Source: Andalucia godoyi And28 (taxonomy: Eukaryota > Protista > Jakobida). Taken from it: 64,000 bases of DNA. The stretch's first letter is position 1. Each line of letters starts with the position of its first letter. The position numbers and the translations under genes are program-made. Positions 11,020-21,200 of this stretch are shown here, piece by piece. The notes beneath the pieces are model-generated. The model saw only the letters and a list, made by a program, of their open reading frames with translations, did no database searches and was not told the DNA's origin. The stretch lies in contig VRVR01000003.1 of assembly GCA_009859145.1 (NCBI GenBank), forward strand, positions 133,315 to 197,314. The letters run 5' to 3'.

Positions 11020-11538
11020 GAAGAGGCAAAAAAGGGGCTACAAAGATGCAAATACCGCCCAAACAAGAGTAAAAGACTTGAAATTAAAAATGACCAACAC
11101 TCTTGTCAATAATAGCAATAAGTAGTAATGATAACTGCACACTGAAGAGAAAGAGAGGCTGTTACTGCGATGGCTTTTCCTTTTTTTCCTTTTTTCCTTC
11201 TCGGGAAAACTTTAGATCAAAACTAAAGCCAAACCAAACCATACCATACCAAAACGTTCGCGGAATCCTGTGCGGAATCCTAGAAACATGGCCAAAAAGG
11301 TCGAGTTCAAACGAAAGCCATTGCGCATGAGGCATTCTGTACGGCAGCTCCCGACATTCCATGTTCTGACAAGTGGGGAAGTTTCCAAGTTTTCCAAGTT
11401 TGGACTGCTGTTGCTTCAGTTCGTTCGCACTTTTTAGTGACTCTCCAGTGACCATTGGTGTTGTCTGTTCGCACGCTCACATTCACACTCACCCACACTC
11501 TGACTGGCAAAATTCAAGAAAAGAAGAAGACAGCGGCA

Positions 11539-11751
11539 ATGTTGCAAAAGCAGATCAATCCTGTGGCGCTGGTGCTTGGGTATGTTGGAGTAGGAAGCAT
11601 GGTGCTTCTGTCGTCAAGAACGATTTCTCGAGGAGTGGATTTGCTTCCTTGGGTCCGCAGAGAACGCGAAATCACTCAGAGAAAATACGTTTTTGATCGG
11701 ATGGTGCAGCGGATGATGGGCGGCCGCGCATCCCCACATCCTTCGACGTGA
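11539..11751 (+). CDS. Possible small single-pass membrane protein
   Basis: 70 aa ATG ORF with one hydrophobic segment in an otherwise gene-free spacer; no recognised homology. Confidence 0.3.
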   Translation: MLQKQINPVALVLGYVGVGSMVLLSSRTISRGVDLLPWVRREREITQRKYVFDRMVQRMMGGRASPHPST

Positions 11752-11819
11752 TTCGTCCGCGGTGAATCGGAGCACAAAAAAAGTGGGCTTTGAGATTGTT
11801 TCGGTTCTTTAAATTGTAC

Positions 11820-11820
<1 letters not shown>

Positions 11821-11851
<31 letters not shown>
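11821..11851. repeat. (GT)n microsatellite
   Basis: Directly visible. Confidence 0.95.
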
Positions 11852-11852
<1 letters not shown>

Positions 11853-12117
11853 ATCCTTTTACCGCAGGAATGTTATGGCATACAAAGCAGCGTAGGAATA
11901 AACTTCTGCTCTTTCTTGTTTCTTTTTTTATTGCTGACAAATACTCGATCACGCACAGGGGAAAAGGACAGACAAGTGCAAATAAAATAGCGGTAACAAC
12001 GACAGCAATGATAATAATAATAATGATAATAATAATAATAACGGTAGTGACAACAACAATAGCGACAAGAAAAGAGACGAGCGTAAACACGACAGGATCC
12101 TGCAATCTGCAAAGATG

Positions 12118-13428
12118 CTAAATATGCCTGATCACGCATTCGGCATAGTCCTTCGGCTCGGGCCAGCCCATTGGGCACAGATATCCGCTGCGACACTCAG
12201 CGTCCAGACAGCTGGATGGGCTGCCGTTCTGGTTTGAGAAGTAGACCATGAACTTCCCCCATAGCTCGTCATCGGTCCAAAAAGCCTTTCGCAAACTTTC
12301 AAACGATGTACACGAGAAGTCGACGAGGTATTTTCCAAAGGACTCCTTCATGGAATATGCGAACTGCCATTCGATGACATCAGCGGCGTTCGCCTTGGCC
12401 ATATCCACGTAGTACGTCTTGACATCCAGGATCTCCATGGTGTCCCGGTCATAGACAAACTCGCGAACTTCTGGATTGAGATACGTGAATGTCGTAACAC
12501 TCGGACTGACATGCTGGATGCCAAAGCAACCCGACGGAGAGCCTGCCTTTTGCAAGATATGGAATGAATCCGTGTGAATGTGTCCGGAAATATGAGTTGT
12601 GATGAGATCCGAGTACGGCTCAATCACATTGAGCAGCTTATCTTGGTACGAATAGCTCAACAGCGGATCCATCGAGCCGTAATTGTTCGGTCCGAAAGGA
12701 ATGTGTTCCACCATCAGAACCTTGAGCGACTTGTTTCGGGCATCCGCAAGCTCTGATGCAAGCCATGCAATTTGCCCAACTGGATCTTCTGGGAACGAGA
12801 ACGAGAAAAAGTTGATCGGATCTCCATACTGAGTGTTCAGCACAATGATCTTTGTTGTTGCGGACAGCTGTCGAGAATAATACCCGCCAACTGAAAAGGT
12901 CTGGGCCTCCGACTCCTTCAAAAACGGCGCATAAATATCTGTAGCAAGAGGCTGAAGAAGCCAGTCCCAGTCTTGCAGATCATCGAATTGGTCTACTGGA
13001 AACGTATCGTGGTTTCCAATCGCATGAAAAACCGGCGTGCTCGGGAACGTATCCAGGAACATCCCAGCGTACCTCTTGAGTCTTGCCAGTGCCAAGGAGC
13101 GATTCTGCATCTGCAAATCGTGGGGGATAAGGTCACCCGATTGGACTACAAAGTCCGGTTTGTTCGAAGCAACGAAATCCAATGCAGATTGCATCGTCCA
13201 GACGGGAATATCACAAGGAAAAGCACCAAATGGACCTGCTTTCCCACCCGACGTGCCGTTTCCATAGCGACAACACATGGGAAGATCGCACTTCTCATCA
13301 GACCCCACAAGATAAAATTCATCGGTATGCAAATCTGCGACCTGCCAAAACGAACCGATGTTTTGCGACGCACTTGCATTGAACAGCGCAACGCAGCTCA
13401 ACAACACAGCGGCTAGTACGACTTTCAT
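12118..13428 (-). CDS. Secreted acid sphingomyelinase-like metallophosphoesterase
   Basis: Signal peptide; DLHxD, SGDLIPHD, AIGNHD, EHIP and SGHIHxD calcineurin-like motifs; SPSVTT; C-terminal Cys pattern. Confidence 0.92.
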   Translation of the reverse strand: MKVVLAAVLLSCVALFNASASQNIGSFWQVADLHTDEFYLVGSDEKCDLPMCCRYGNGTSGGKAGPFGAFPCDIPVWTMQSALDFVASNKPDFVVQSGDLIPHDLQMQNRSLALARLKRYAGMFLDTFPSTPVFHAIGNHDTFPVDQFDDLQDWDWLLQPLATDIYAPFLKESEAQTFSVGGYYSRQLSATTKIIVLNTQYGDPINFFSFSFPEDPVGQIAWLASELADARNKSLKVLMVEHIPFGPNNYGSMDPLLSYSYQDKLLNVIEPYSDLITTHISGHIHTDSFHILQKAGSPSGCFGIQHVSPSVTTFTYLNPEVREFVYDRDTMEILDVKTYYVDMAKANAADVIEWQFAYSMKESFGKYLVDFSCTSFESLRKAFWTDDELWGKFMVYFSNQNGSPSSCLDAECRSGYLCPMGWPEPKDYAECVIRHI

Positions 13429-13769
13429 TTCTCGCCCACCGAGTCGATCAAATCACACGGACTCAGCAATCCTTCCCAAGTACGTCGCGGTGATAATTTA
13501 TTATTCTTATTAATAATAATTAATAACTGGAAAAAGTCAAGCGGGTATGCTTCATAGTAGCAAGAAGAACCTGGAGAACCGGAAACCTCTGGAGAACAGC
13601 GCAAAACGCGGAGAAAGGCTTTTGCGGGTGGTTTTGACGATTTTCCCCGACTCCTTGCTTCCGCTCCGAATACAGATGTTGATTTCTGTTTTTGTTTTTG
13701 TTTTTTAATTTTTAATTTATTGCTGCCATAACGTTTCCCAGAAAATAGAGACAGGATGGCGGCGAGCGA

Positions 13770-14540
13770 CTAGATGATTGGGACGACCGTCGAAGCGGCT
13801 TTGAGTTCTTCTTTGAGGACACTTCTCATGAACTCTGCTGTTTCACGCGCACCTTCGACTGCAAATTTGACGACTTGTTCCACATCGCCGGTGACATGCG
13901 AGATGAGGTTCATTGCTGGCATGTACGCGACGGTGACAAGGCTTCCATGTTCTTGCTCTGCTGCACAAGGATCTACATAGACTCTGCTCTCATCAATGGC
14001 AAGGTTGCTGTTTTTGGCAGATCCCGGATCTGCGGGCACAACAAGCACGGTGCATGCCGCCACAAGATCCACGAGCTCAATGCAAGCCGAGGAAAGGGCA
14101 AGAGAGGCGGCCATGATCAGCGCCGCAAGAACCGATCCATCGTCCTCCAACACGCAGCAATTCAGATCTACAACGCTTTTTTGCAAATCATCGAGACGAA
14201 CAGAGCTCTGAACTGCCTGATGCAGCATAATCGATGCTTCTCTTTCCAGCTCCCGTTTGGAAACAGCTGCTTGATTCCTCGACGACAATGAAGAGCCGCT
14301 ACCGCCGCTATTCGACAGTCTTTGGACCGTGGAGAATGGCGCGTATTGCACAATGCACGACAACCGGCCAGTCTCGGAAAACTCAAGCTCTGGAATAGGA
14401 CGAGGCCCAAACACACTGACAAGCACCTTTGTGTTTCTCAATTCAAGATAACACGATCCGCGCGCATTTGCATTCACATTCAGTTTGGCGACTATTTTCA
14501 CAACACCAGAAATTACAGCGTCAGCATTATATGAGCACAT
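13770..14540 (-). CDS. Exosome RNase PH-like subunit (MTR3/EXOSC6- or RRP41-like)
   Basis: ARGSCYLE...TKVLVSVFGPR, YAPFST, VLEDDGSVLAA. Lack of the catalytic phosphate-binding motif favours MTR3. The start is uncertain. Confidence 0.85.
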   Translation of the reverse strand: MCSYNADAVISGVVKIVAKLNVNANARGSCYLELRNTKVLVSVFGPRPIPELEFSETGRLSCIVQYAPFSTVQRLSNSGGSGSSLSSRNQAAVSKRELEREASIMLHQAVQSSVRLDDLQKSVVDLNCCVLEDDGSVLAALIMAASLALSSACIELVDLVAACTVLVVPADPGSAKNSNLAIDESRVYVDPCAAEQEHGSLVTVAYMPAMNLISHVTGDVEQVVKFAVEGARETAEFMRSVLKEELKAASTVVPII

Positions 14541-14935
14541 ACAGAATAAGAATAAGAAGAACAGTAATCATAATAAATATAATGTTAAATTAAACATATA
14601 TATAATAAAGGTGATGAATGACCATGGAGATGAAGATTGGGCATACAAATGGGTCGAACTTCGCATCTTTCGCGACCATCGATCCTGGATGGATTGCCAA
14701 ACAACTCTGCTCGCTGCGGTCCGGCTGGATAGACCGGCCTCACAGAATCAACTGTCGCTCGTCCTGCCATCTTCTATGTAATAGCGCAAGGAATGATAAA
14801 AGAAATTGCAAACAGAATCCACACAGCTCGTCGTTTGGTCAAAACAAAAATAATAATTCAAGAACACTTTTAAAGAAAAATTCGCGACTGGAAAAATACG
14901 ATGAGGATTCTCGACTCACATGACCTCAACTCGGA

Positions 14936-15298
14936 TTGAACATCAGCAGAGTGTTTCAGCAAAGCCCTGTCGTATGCACCGACTGTAGTGGTCGTGCAAC
15001 GGCAAATTTCGAGACTCCGTGGTCTCCATTTTTGAATCCAATCGAGAATGTCATCGGACATGTAAAAGGAGTTATACGTACTGCATGGACAGTGTTGTCT
15101 ACGAGCATCGAGCAAGTGACATCTCATGAGTTGCAACCATATGAAAAAATCGCGCAAGCAAGAGAGAGAATCCTTCAACCGATTCCGGATGAAGCATTCC
15201 ATGCCGTCTCCATTGAAGCAGTAAGCTCGTATGCTGAGAAGTCTCGTTCGTATTTGCCGAATTTATTGCAGAAGAAACCAATAACAAACTGGGACTGA
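14936..15298 (+). pseudogene. Tc1/mariner-IS630 DDE transposase C-terminal remnant
   Basis: PWSPFLNPIENVIGHVK matches the PxSPDLNPIExxW motif carrying the catalytic E. No upstream DD residues or TIRs were found. Confidence 0.8.
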
Positions 15299-15506
15299 TT
15301 CAGCGTTTGGCAATAGCATTTTCAATAAAACCTTCGCATGATCTGATAGCTGAAAAGCAATCAAAAGAGCTGAAGTTGAAAATCGGAAAAACTGTATTCG
15401 AGGACACTTGACTTGTATGAGCAGCATAGGTCCTGGATCAGCCCGGGAAAGGGTTATAATGAAAAATACGTTAAAGCAGCCGAGAGACCTTTGGAAATGC
15501 ACTCGT

Positions 15507-15881
15507 CGCCTACATTGTACACTAACCACGGATAATCATCGCTGACCACCCATAATCAATGTTGCAACCCAACAACATGCATAGCATGATTGGGAAGGGA
15601 GGTAGGCCCCAACACGCCCCTCGGCGTGAGAGACGTTCCCAAGATAGATGTTGCATTGCATGGACAATAAGAATAAAAATAATGAAATGAGCGTCGCTGT
15701 GCGAGAATGCAACGCGGTGGCGTGTTTATGGAGATTTCATGATCAAATTGGGACGAAACGAATCGGACATCGTGTGACGGAGTTGCTCAAGATAACAAAC
15801 GCATGCGCATGGCGAGTGACAGTGTTTCTGTGTTTTACGTGCGCTTTGGATTGCTTCATCATATCGCAATTGGTGGCAACG
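15507..15881 (-). mobile_element. Non-autonomous Fanzor/TnpB-derived element, copy A (omegaRNA 'ghost' locus)
   Basis: On the minus strand: CCG|TTGCCAC left junction, NIYL...RVGAY C-terminal remnant, ...AATGTAGG-CG right end. Aligns over its full length with copy B. Confidence 0.85.
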
Positions 15882-16045
15882 GTTTTCAAAATAATTCACT
15901 TGTTTTATTATTTTTTTTCATACTTTTTTCCATACATTTTTCACAAGACTTTCTTTTACGCGTCTCATTTGTTGTTGTTTTTTTTTTGTTTTTTTATTGA
16001 ATAAGTAGATCGTTTTCGTCTAGTAGTGGTCGTGGAGTACGCTCG

Positions 16046-16837
16046 ATGTCGAAGAAGCCTGCAAAAGCCCCGGAACCGCCCCCACCTCCTCCAGAGCCGG
16101 TTTTGCCGCCTGTTCCCACAATCGATCCTGCGATTCTTGCCGAAAAGAAGGCTGCAGTAGAATCGCAGAACTCCGGAAACTTTGATCGTGATTCGGACAT
16201 CCTGCAGTTTATATTTCCGCACAACCTTGCGCATCCGCGGTCGGGCGCAAGATTGTTTGTGTATGGGAGATATGGTCCGCTGACAAACGGTGGGATTGCT
16301 GGTGGATCAAAGCGGTCGCACGTGTTGTCTGACTTTGAGTTGAATGCGCTCATAGAGGATGAAGAGCGAGATTTCGTAAATGCGGTGTATCATGCACAAG
16401 GGAGGAGTCGGCCTGTCGACACAGGGCAAGTGCATCCGGACATTGAGCTGGCGTTGGTGTACTCCCGACAGGAGGTGCAGGACATTCTGGACGCTGCTCG
16501 TGGGTCCTTTCACCAGTTACAGCGAGTCATTGTGAAGAATCGGCAAAAACGGATCGCCATGTTCCAGAAATCCGTTGTCGATTTCAGGAGAATTCGGGAG
16601 GAAAAGGTTTTAAGAAGAACTCTCTCAGACATCCGAAACGGAACCATTACGATTCCTCATACGCGGAGCCTGGTCGAAGATGTCGCTGGGACGTTCGAGG
16701 AAACCCATCGCCAACTTGCTCGGTCCAGCCATGCTATCCAGACAATTGGTGAGCATTCGGTGGAGGTTACCCAGAATGTCAAGCTGTTGAGACCAGAGGA
16801 AAAGAACAAGCTGTATGCTGGAGAGTGGAGAAAGTAG
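16046..16837 (+). CDS. Hypothetical protein with Pro-rich N-terminus and coiled coil
   Basis: 263 aa ATG ORF with coding-like composition; family not recognised. Confidence 0.75.
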   Translation: MSKKPAKAPEPPPPPPEPVLPPVPTIDPAILAEKKAAVESQNSGNFDRDSDILQFIFPHNLAHPRSGARLFVYGRYGPLTNGGIAGGSKRSHVLSDFELNALIEDEERDFVNAVYHAQGRSRPVDTGQVHPDIELALVYSRQEVQDILDAARGSFHQLQRVIVKNRQKRIAMFQKSVVDFRRIREEKVLRRTLSDIRNGTITIPHTRSLVEDVAGTFEETHRQLARSSHAIQTIGEHSVEVTQNVKLLRPEEKNKLYAGEWRK

Positions 16838-16999
16838 CCCCCTTCTCTCTCTCTCTCTTTCTCTTGTACGATGGCGAGTACAAAAGAAGAGGACGGTATT
16901 TCCTTTCCACCTTCCATCCATCTGTTGCTCTTCTTTTGCTTTCTCTTGTTCATCTTTAATTTATATGTTGTTGTTGTTTTCTTCTTTTTTTTTTGCCGT

Positions 17000-18598
17000 C
17001 TATGAGATGCGGGAAATGCGGCCACGAGACTCCTTCATGTGGTTGTCCGTCCTGTCCATTTCTGTTGAGACTTGATCGATCACACGATTTTGGTACTCCA
17101 GAGTGTCGCCCATCGTCAGTGCATGTGCTCGCAGGTCTGTAAGGTACGCGGAAAGCTCGTCCAGTCCCTGGTCGGTTTTTTCTTCCTGAATCTGCCCAAA
17201 TGACTTGTCGCGCGACGCCGCACTACTGCGAGAGGTGGACGGCGTACTCTCCGATGCCGTGCGACCTACGCCTGCTCTCGGAGTCCCACGAAGTCCGCCA
17301 CTGCGCGAACTTGCTGCAGCTCTGCTTGATCGCGGAGTGCCTCGGGACTGCTCTTCAAGAAAATCGGCACCCGCGGTACGAACTGTGGGCTTGCCAGCAG
17401 AATCCGCAGAAGACGTTGCGTAGCTCGTCAATCCAAAGTCTCGGGTCCAGTCGAGATTTGGAATTTTGATTTCAACATTATTTTTTGCGTTTCGGATCCA
17501 CTGCGCAATATCCAAAACACGTACCGATAAAATCTTTGGTGATTTTCGTCCATCCACTCGCACAATGCTGATCGTCAGCGGCCGCGAGTGGAACAGGATT
17601 TCCTGCACTGCACCAAAAGGAATAGTGTCAATTTGCGTTGTGCGCTCAGCATCCAGAATGGCCAGACCGTCCGCCATCTTCTGCATGTGGGCTGCGCGAT
17701 ACGAATGCTTGTCTTCGTCTACCACCAAGCAATCGACTTCTGTCTTCAATCGATCCACCTCCTGTGGCACCAGCTTTTGGGAGAAGATCAGCGAGAAATT
17801 GTTCGATGTCTCAACCTTGGAAAGACTCTGCTTCACAGGATCCTTGGAAAAATACGCTCGGAACGTGCCAACCCACGAAGACATGCTCTTCAGCAACTTG
17901 TCCGAGACGTGCAAATTATGATCTGTATTTGCAACGGACTCTCGAATTCTGTCCAGCTGGTTCGATTGCTGCTCAAGCGTCGCCAGCGTCTCCGACGCTA
18001 CTTGCCTTGACTCCTCTGCATGTCGCAACGACCGCTCCAGGGACCGGAGGGAGCTCTGTGCAAGCTTCTCGGACTCAGTCAACTCAGGACCCTTATCTTG
18101 CAAAAATCCACCAAAGAGTCTCCTTCTCTTCTCATCTGCCGCTTCTGCCGCATCATCCGCCATGAAATAGTCCTTTTTCCCAGTGTTTGTTACGGAAAAG
18201 GATGCAATCACCGTCCGCTTTCTGTACCTGTCATACGGTCCGCCTTCGCGATAGCAAACGAGATGGATTAGCAGCGCCAAGCAAGATTCCAAGTTGTCTA
18301 CCGGTCCAAAAAAGTGAGATTTTGTGTCCCCCTTCTTGCCTCGAGTCGTCGGAGGAAGCTCTTCTACGATTGTGAACCCTTGCGTCATCAGCATGCGAGA
18401 GTCTGCCTGAACATCCACGACATTGCGAAGCTTGAGGGCAAAGGACCCGCTGGAACTAGAAGACTGGTAAAAAAGATGGTTCGGAGTCAGAAACAACATT
18501 CCGGAGGAAAAGAACGATGCATTCAGTGTAGCTTTGAAACCTTCAATTAACAACGACTGTGCGCTCAGAAACAATGGTTCAAAGTCTTCGCTGTCCAT
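17000..18598 (-). CDS. GRAM/PH-like domain plus two SNARE motifs (Qbc, SNAP25/SNAP29-like)
   Basis: SGMLFLTPNHLFY (GRAM). Qb motif SRQVASETLATLEQQSNQLDRI...SDKLLKSM. Qc motif DQGLDELSAYLTDLRAHALTMGDTLEYQNRVIDQV. Confidence 0.82.
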   Translation of the reverse strand: MDSEDFEPLFLSAQSLLIEGFKATLNASFFSSGMLFLTPNHLFYQSSSSSGSFALKLRNVVDVQADSRMLMTQGFTIVEELPPTTRGKKGDTKSHFFGPVDNLESCLALLIHLVCYREGGPYDRYRKRTVIASFSVTNTGKKDYFMADDAAEAADEKRRRLFGGFLQDKGPELTESEKLAQSSLRSLERSLRHAEESRQVASETLATLEQQSNQLDRIRESVANTDHNLHVSDKLLKSMSSWVGTFRAYFSKDPVKQSLSKVETSNNFSLIFSQKLVPQEVDRLKTEVDCLVVDEDKHSYRAAHMQKMADGLAILDAERTTQIDTIPFGAVQEILFHSRPLTISIVRVDGRKSPKILSVRVLDIAQWIRNAKNNVEIKIPNLDWTRDFGLTSYATSSADSAGKPTVRTAGADFLEEQSRGTPRSSRAAASSRSGGLRGTPRAGVGRTASESTPSTSRSSAASRDKSFGQIQEEKTDQGLDELSAYLTDLRAHALTMGDTLEYQNRVIDQVSTEMDRTDNHMKESRGRISRIS

Positions 18599-18718
18599 TC
18601 TGCTTGGAGTTGTTTGTTGCCTTTCTCCTTTCTCTTTTTTTTGTCGCTCCCAACGGTTCAATGATGATATCTCAATGTGCTGCGACAAGATTCGTTAACA
18701 CTCTGTACTTAAGTATGT

Positions 18719-18755
<37 letters not shown>
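18719..18755. repeat. (GT)n microsatellite
   Basis: Directly visible. Confidence 0.95.
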
Positions 18756-18759
<4 letters not shown>

Positions 18760-19475
18760 CGTTTTCAAAAGGACAGAACGATGGTGCTCTCTTGTTCAGC
18801 CGTCGGCATTTTGGTTTCGAAGGAGGAAAACTGCCGATACTTTTGTGTTTTGCCGACTGTCGGGGCATTTCAAGTCGAATTTTGCCGAGCAAATTCTTTC
18901 ATGGACTATTCCATCGAACAGGGGAAACGCGTACCACTCGTTGCGCGCTGGTCATCCATTGCCGTTGCTGACGATGCATCATCAATGTTGCTGCAGTACC
19001 GAGAAAAGGAGGGTTAGACTTAAACGCGCATTTTCGGCATTCCAATCATAATCACTTCGTCACGCGACATGCGCACTGTGGACATGTGAAGATGCTACCG
19101 CGCACTTCACATTGTTTGGAAGTGCTTTTTGTTCGACACGATCGTGACCTGACTTGACAGTCCGTGAACTCCTCCGCGCTGCGCAACAATCGGTGTTGAA
19201 ACGCACAATGACCTTTTCCAACGACAACATGTCAAAATAAAATTAAAATGACCCACCCGAAAATGCCTCCAAAGCCAAAATTCGCTTGCAAAGTCCACGT
19301 CCTGTAGTGTAAAAGCAATGTACGTTCAGTGCGTGCATATGTTTCTTTTGCAGGCTGTGTATCTGCGACCTCAATCATCAAGCCCGCCCATGCACCACAT
19401 TCTTGACCACGCGGCTGTGCCTTTTGCCCGCTGCAAAACGACCATGCACGTCGTCTTCTGTTTCTTGTTTCCATG

Positions 19476-19542
19476 TTCTTCTTCTTCTTCTTCTTCTTCT
19501 TCTTCTTCTTCTTCTTCTTCTTCTTCTTCTTCTTCTTCTTCT
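19476..19542. repeat. (TTC)n microsatellite
   Basis: Directly visible. Confidence 0.95.
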
Positions 19543-19637
19543 TGCCCCGTCGTCTGTTACCGTTTTCCCCCCTCTTGTTTTGTGTTTTTGTTTTTCATCA
19601 CATCTTTTTTCACAGTTACTACCCTTGGCTCCCAAAA

Positions 19638-21165
19638 ATGACGCGATCTGCCTCTCCGGCGCCATCCACGAGTCTCCCTGCAAAGTCGCTGTCTTCTTTC
19701 CTAAGGTCTAATCCAGGTGCATTTGATGGCGCATCCCGATTGCATGCCGTCGATAAGACTCTTACGCATATTGACGTGATTGCATCTTCCATATCAGGGT
19801 TTGTCGAAACTCTGTTTCTATCAAATAACGCTATTTCGTCACTTGCGAACATTTCCCAGTTTAGGAACTTGAAAATGCTTTCTGCAGGTAATAATCTTGT
19901 GTCGGAAATCCACGAACTGGACCACTTGAAACCGCTTTCGGGGACCTTGGCGGTGCTGAATCTCGAGTTCAATCCTGTTTCCCAGCTTCCACATTATCGG
20001 TCCCACGTGCTGTCGCGTGTGCCGTCGCTTAAAATGCTCGACAATAAGCAGGTTTCGGCGTCGGAAGTCGCGTCTGCGCCAACAACGGTCCGCGAGGAAG
20101 AGACACAGCTTGCCCTCATGGTTGGAAACTCCTTAGCGATCGACAGGCTGAAAGTTGCCGTGCAGCGAATGCGGACCCACAGAGAAATGGGAACCTCGAA
20201 TGCCGTTGGCGGCGGAAGGTCCTCGGGGATTGCCGGGTCTCGTGTTCTCGAGATCATTGCGTCTACATCGAATCCACTCGAAGCAACTGCAACGATTTCG
20301 CAGCTTAAAGCCGATGTTCGAAAGCGACGCAATAAGCGAATGCTCATGGTCGCGAAGGGTGGTGATCGCTGGGAAGACGCGTACTCGGACTTGCTTGCGG
20401 AACAACAAAAGGAGATGGCGAGATTGCTTGCTGAGCTTGAGAATGGCGGATATTCCGTTTCTCTTAAAAGGCAGAATGAAGGCTCCCTATCCTCGGCAAC
20501 AGTGCCCACGACTGCCTTGTCTGTTTCCTCCGTCTCCGCTTCTACGTCCTCGGGTGTGCCTACCAGCGCGGGCCAAAGCACGTGGAAAAGGGGCGACGGG
20601 TTTCGAAAATCGAGTCTCATGCAAACGAACCAGCTTAGATTCAGAGAGGAGCAGGAGCAGCATGAGCAGGGTCTCCGGGTCGAGAGAGACGATGTAATCG
20701 GAGAGCTTATGGGTCGCGGTGCTCGATCTGTTTCTGCGCCGCGCAACACAAACACCGGTGGCGGCAGCTCATCCGCTGTGGCAAGGAGCGCTGTTAAGCC
20801 ACAACAACCTCAGCCGCTGTCGAGCGGCGGTACTGCTACGACTGCTGCCGTGGCTAGTCTGAAAAAAGAGGCTGGTGCGGCCGGCGGAGAACCTGGGAAA
20901 GCTGTTCCGCATGTGGCTATCTGGCGCAAGACACTGGCGGAATCCAGGTACGGAAACGCAAGCTCGGCATCTGCCGTAGGAACCGTGGAGCCTGATGAAC
21001 CCTTGACGCTTGATGCTCTAACGGATCCATCCTACCCCCAACGGAAACCAGCTGTAGTCTCCCGGGGCCAGCAAGTTCAGCAAGGCAATTCAACGACTGC
21101 ACCACCGCAGTCCCAGCCAATCCACATCCAAACGCAAAATCATAGTCAACAACAACATCATCATC

Positions 21166-21200
<35 letters not shown>

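Noticed and set aside
13500-13700. GC-richer island in the spacer, possibly an snRNA or other ncRNA
   Set aside because: No U1, U2, U4, U5, U6, tRNA or SRP signature motifs were recognised.
14930-15002. Minus-strand CCGTTG plus a 'VGAY' peptide plus GATGTTCAAT resembling a Fanzor-type element
   Set aside because: The spacing is far too short, there is no GGCG end or complementary pair, and CAACGG is expected by chance many times in 64 kb.
18781-19470. Short ORFs and a possible small intron (GTACGT...TTGCAG near 19320-19353)
   Set aside because: No spliced product with recognisable homology could be assembled.
19318-19711. ORFs with poly-S, poly-L, poly-R or poly-F runs
   Set aside because: These are translations of the (TTC)n microsatellite, not genes. 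The same applies to the (GT)n, (CT)n and (AAT)n-derived ORFs elsewhere.
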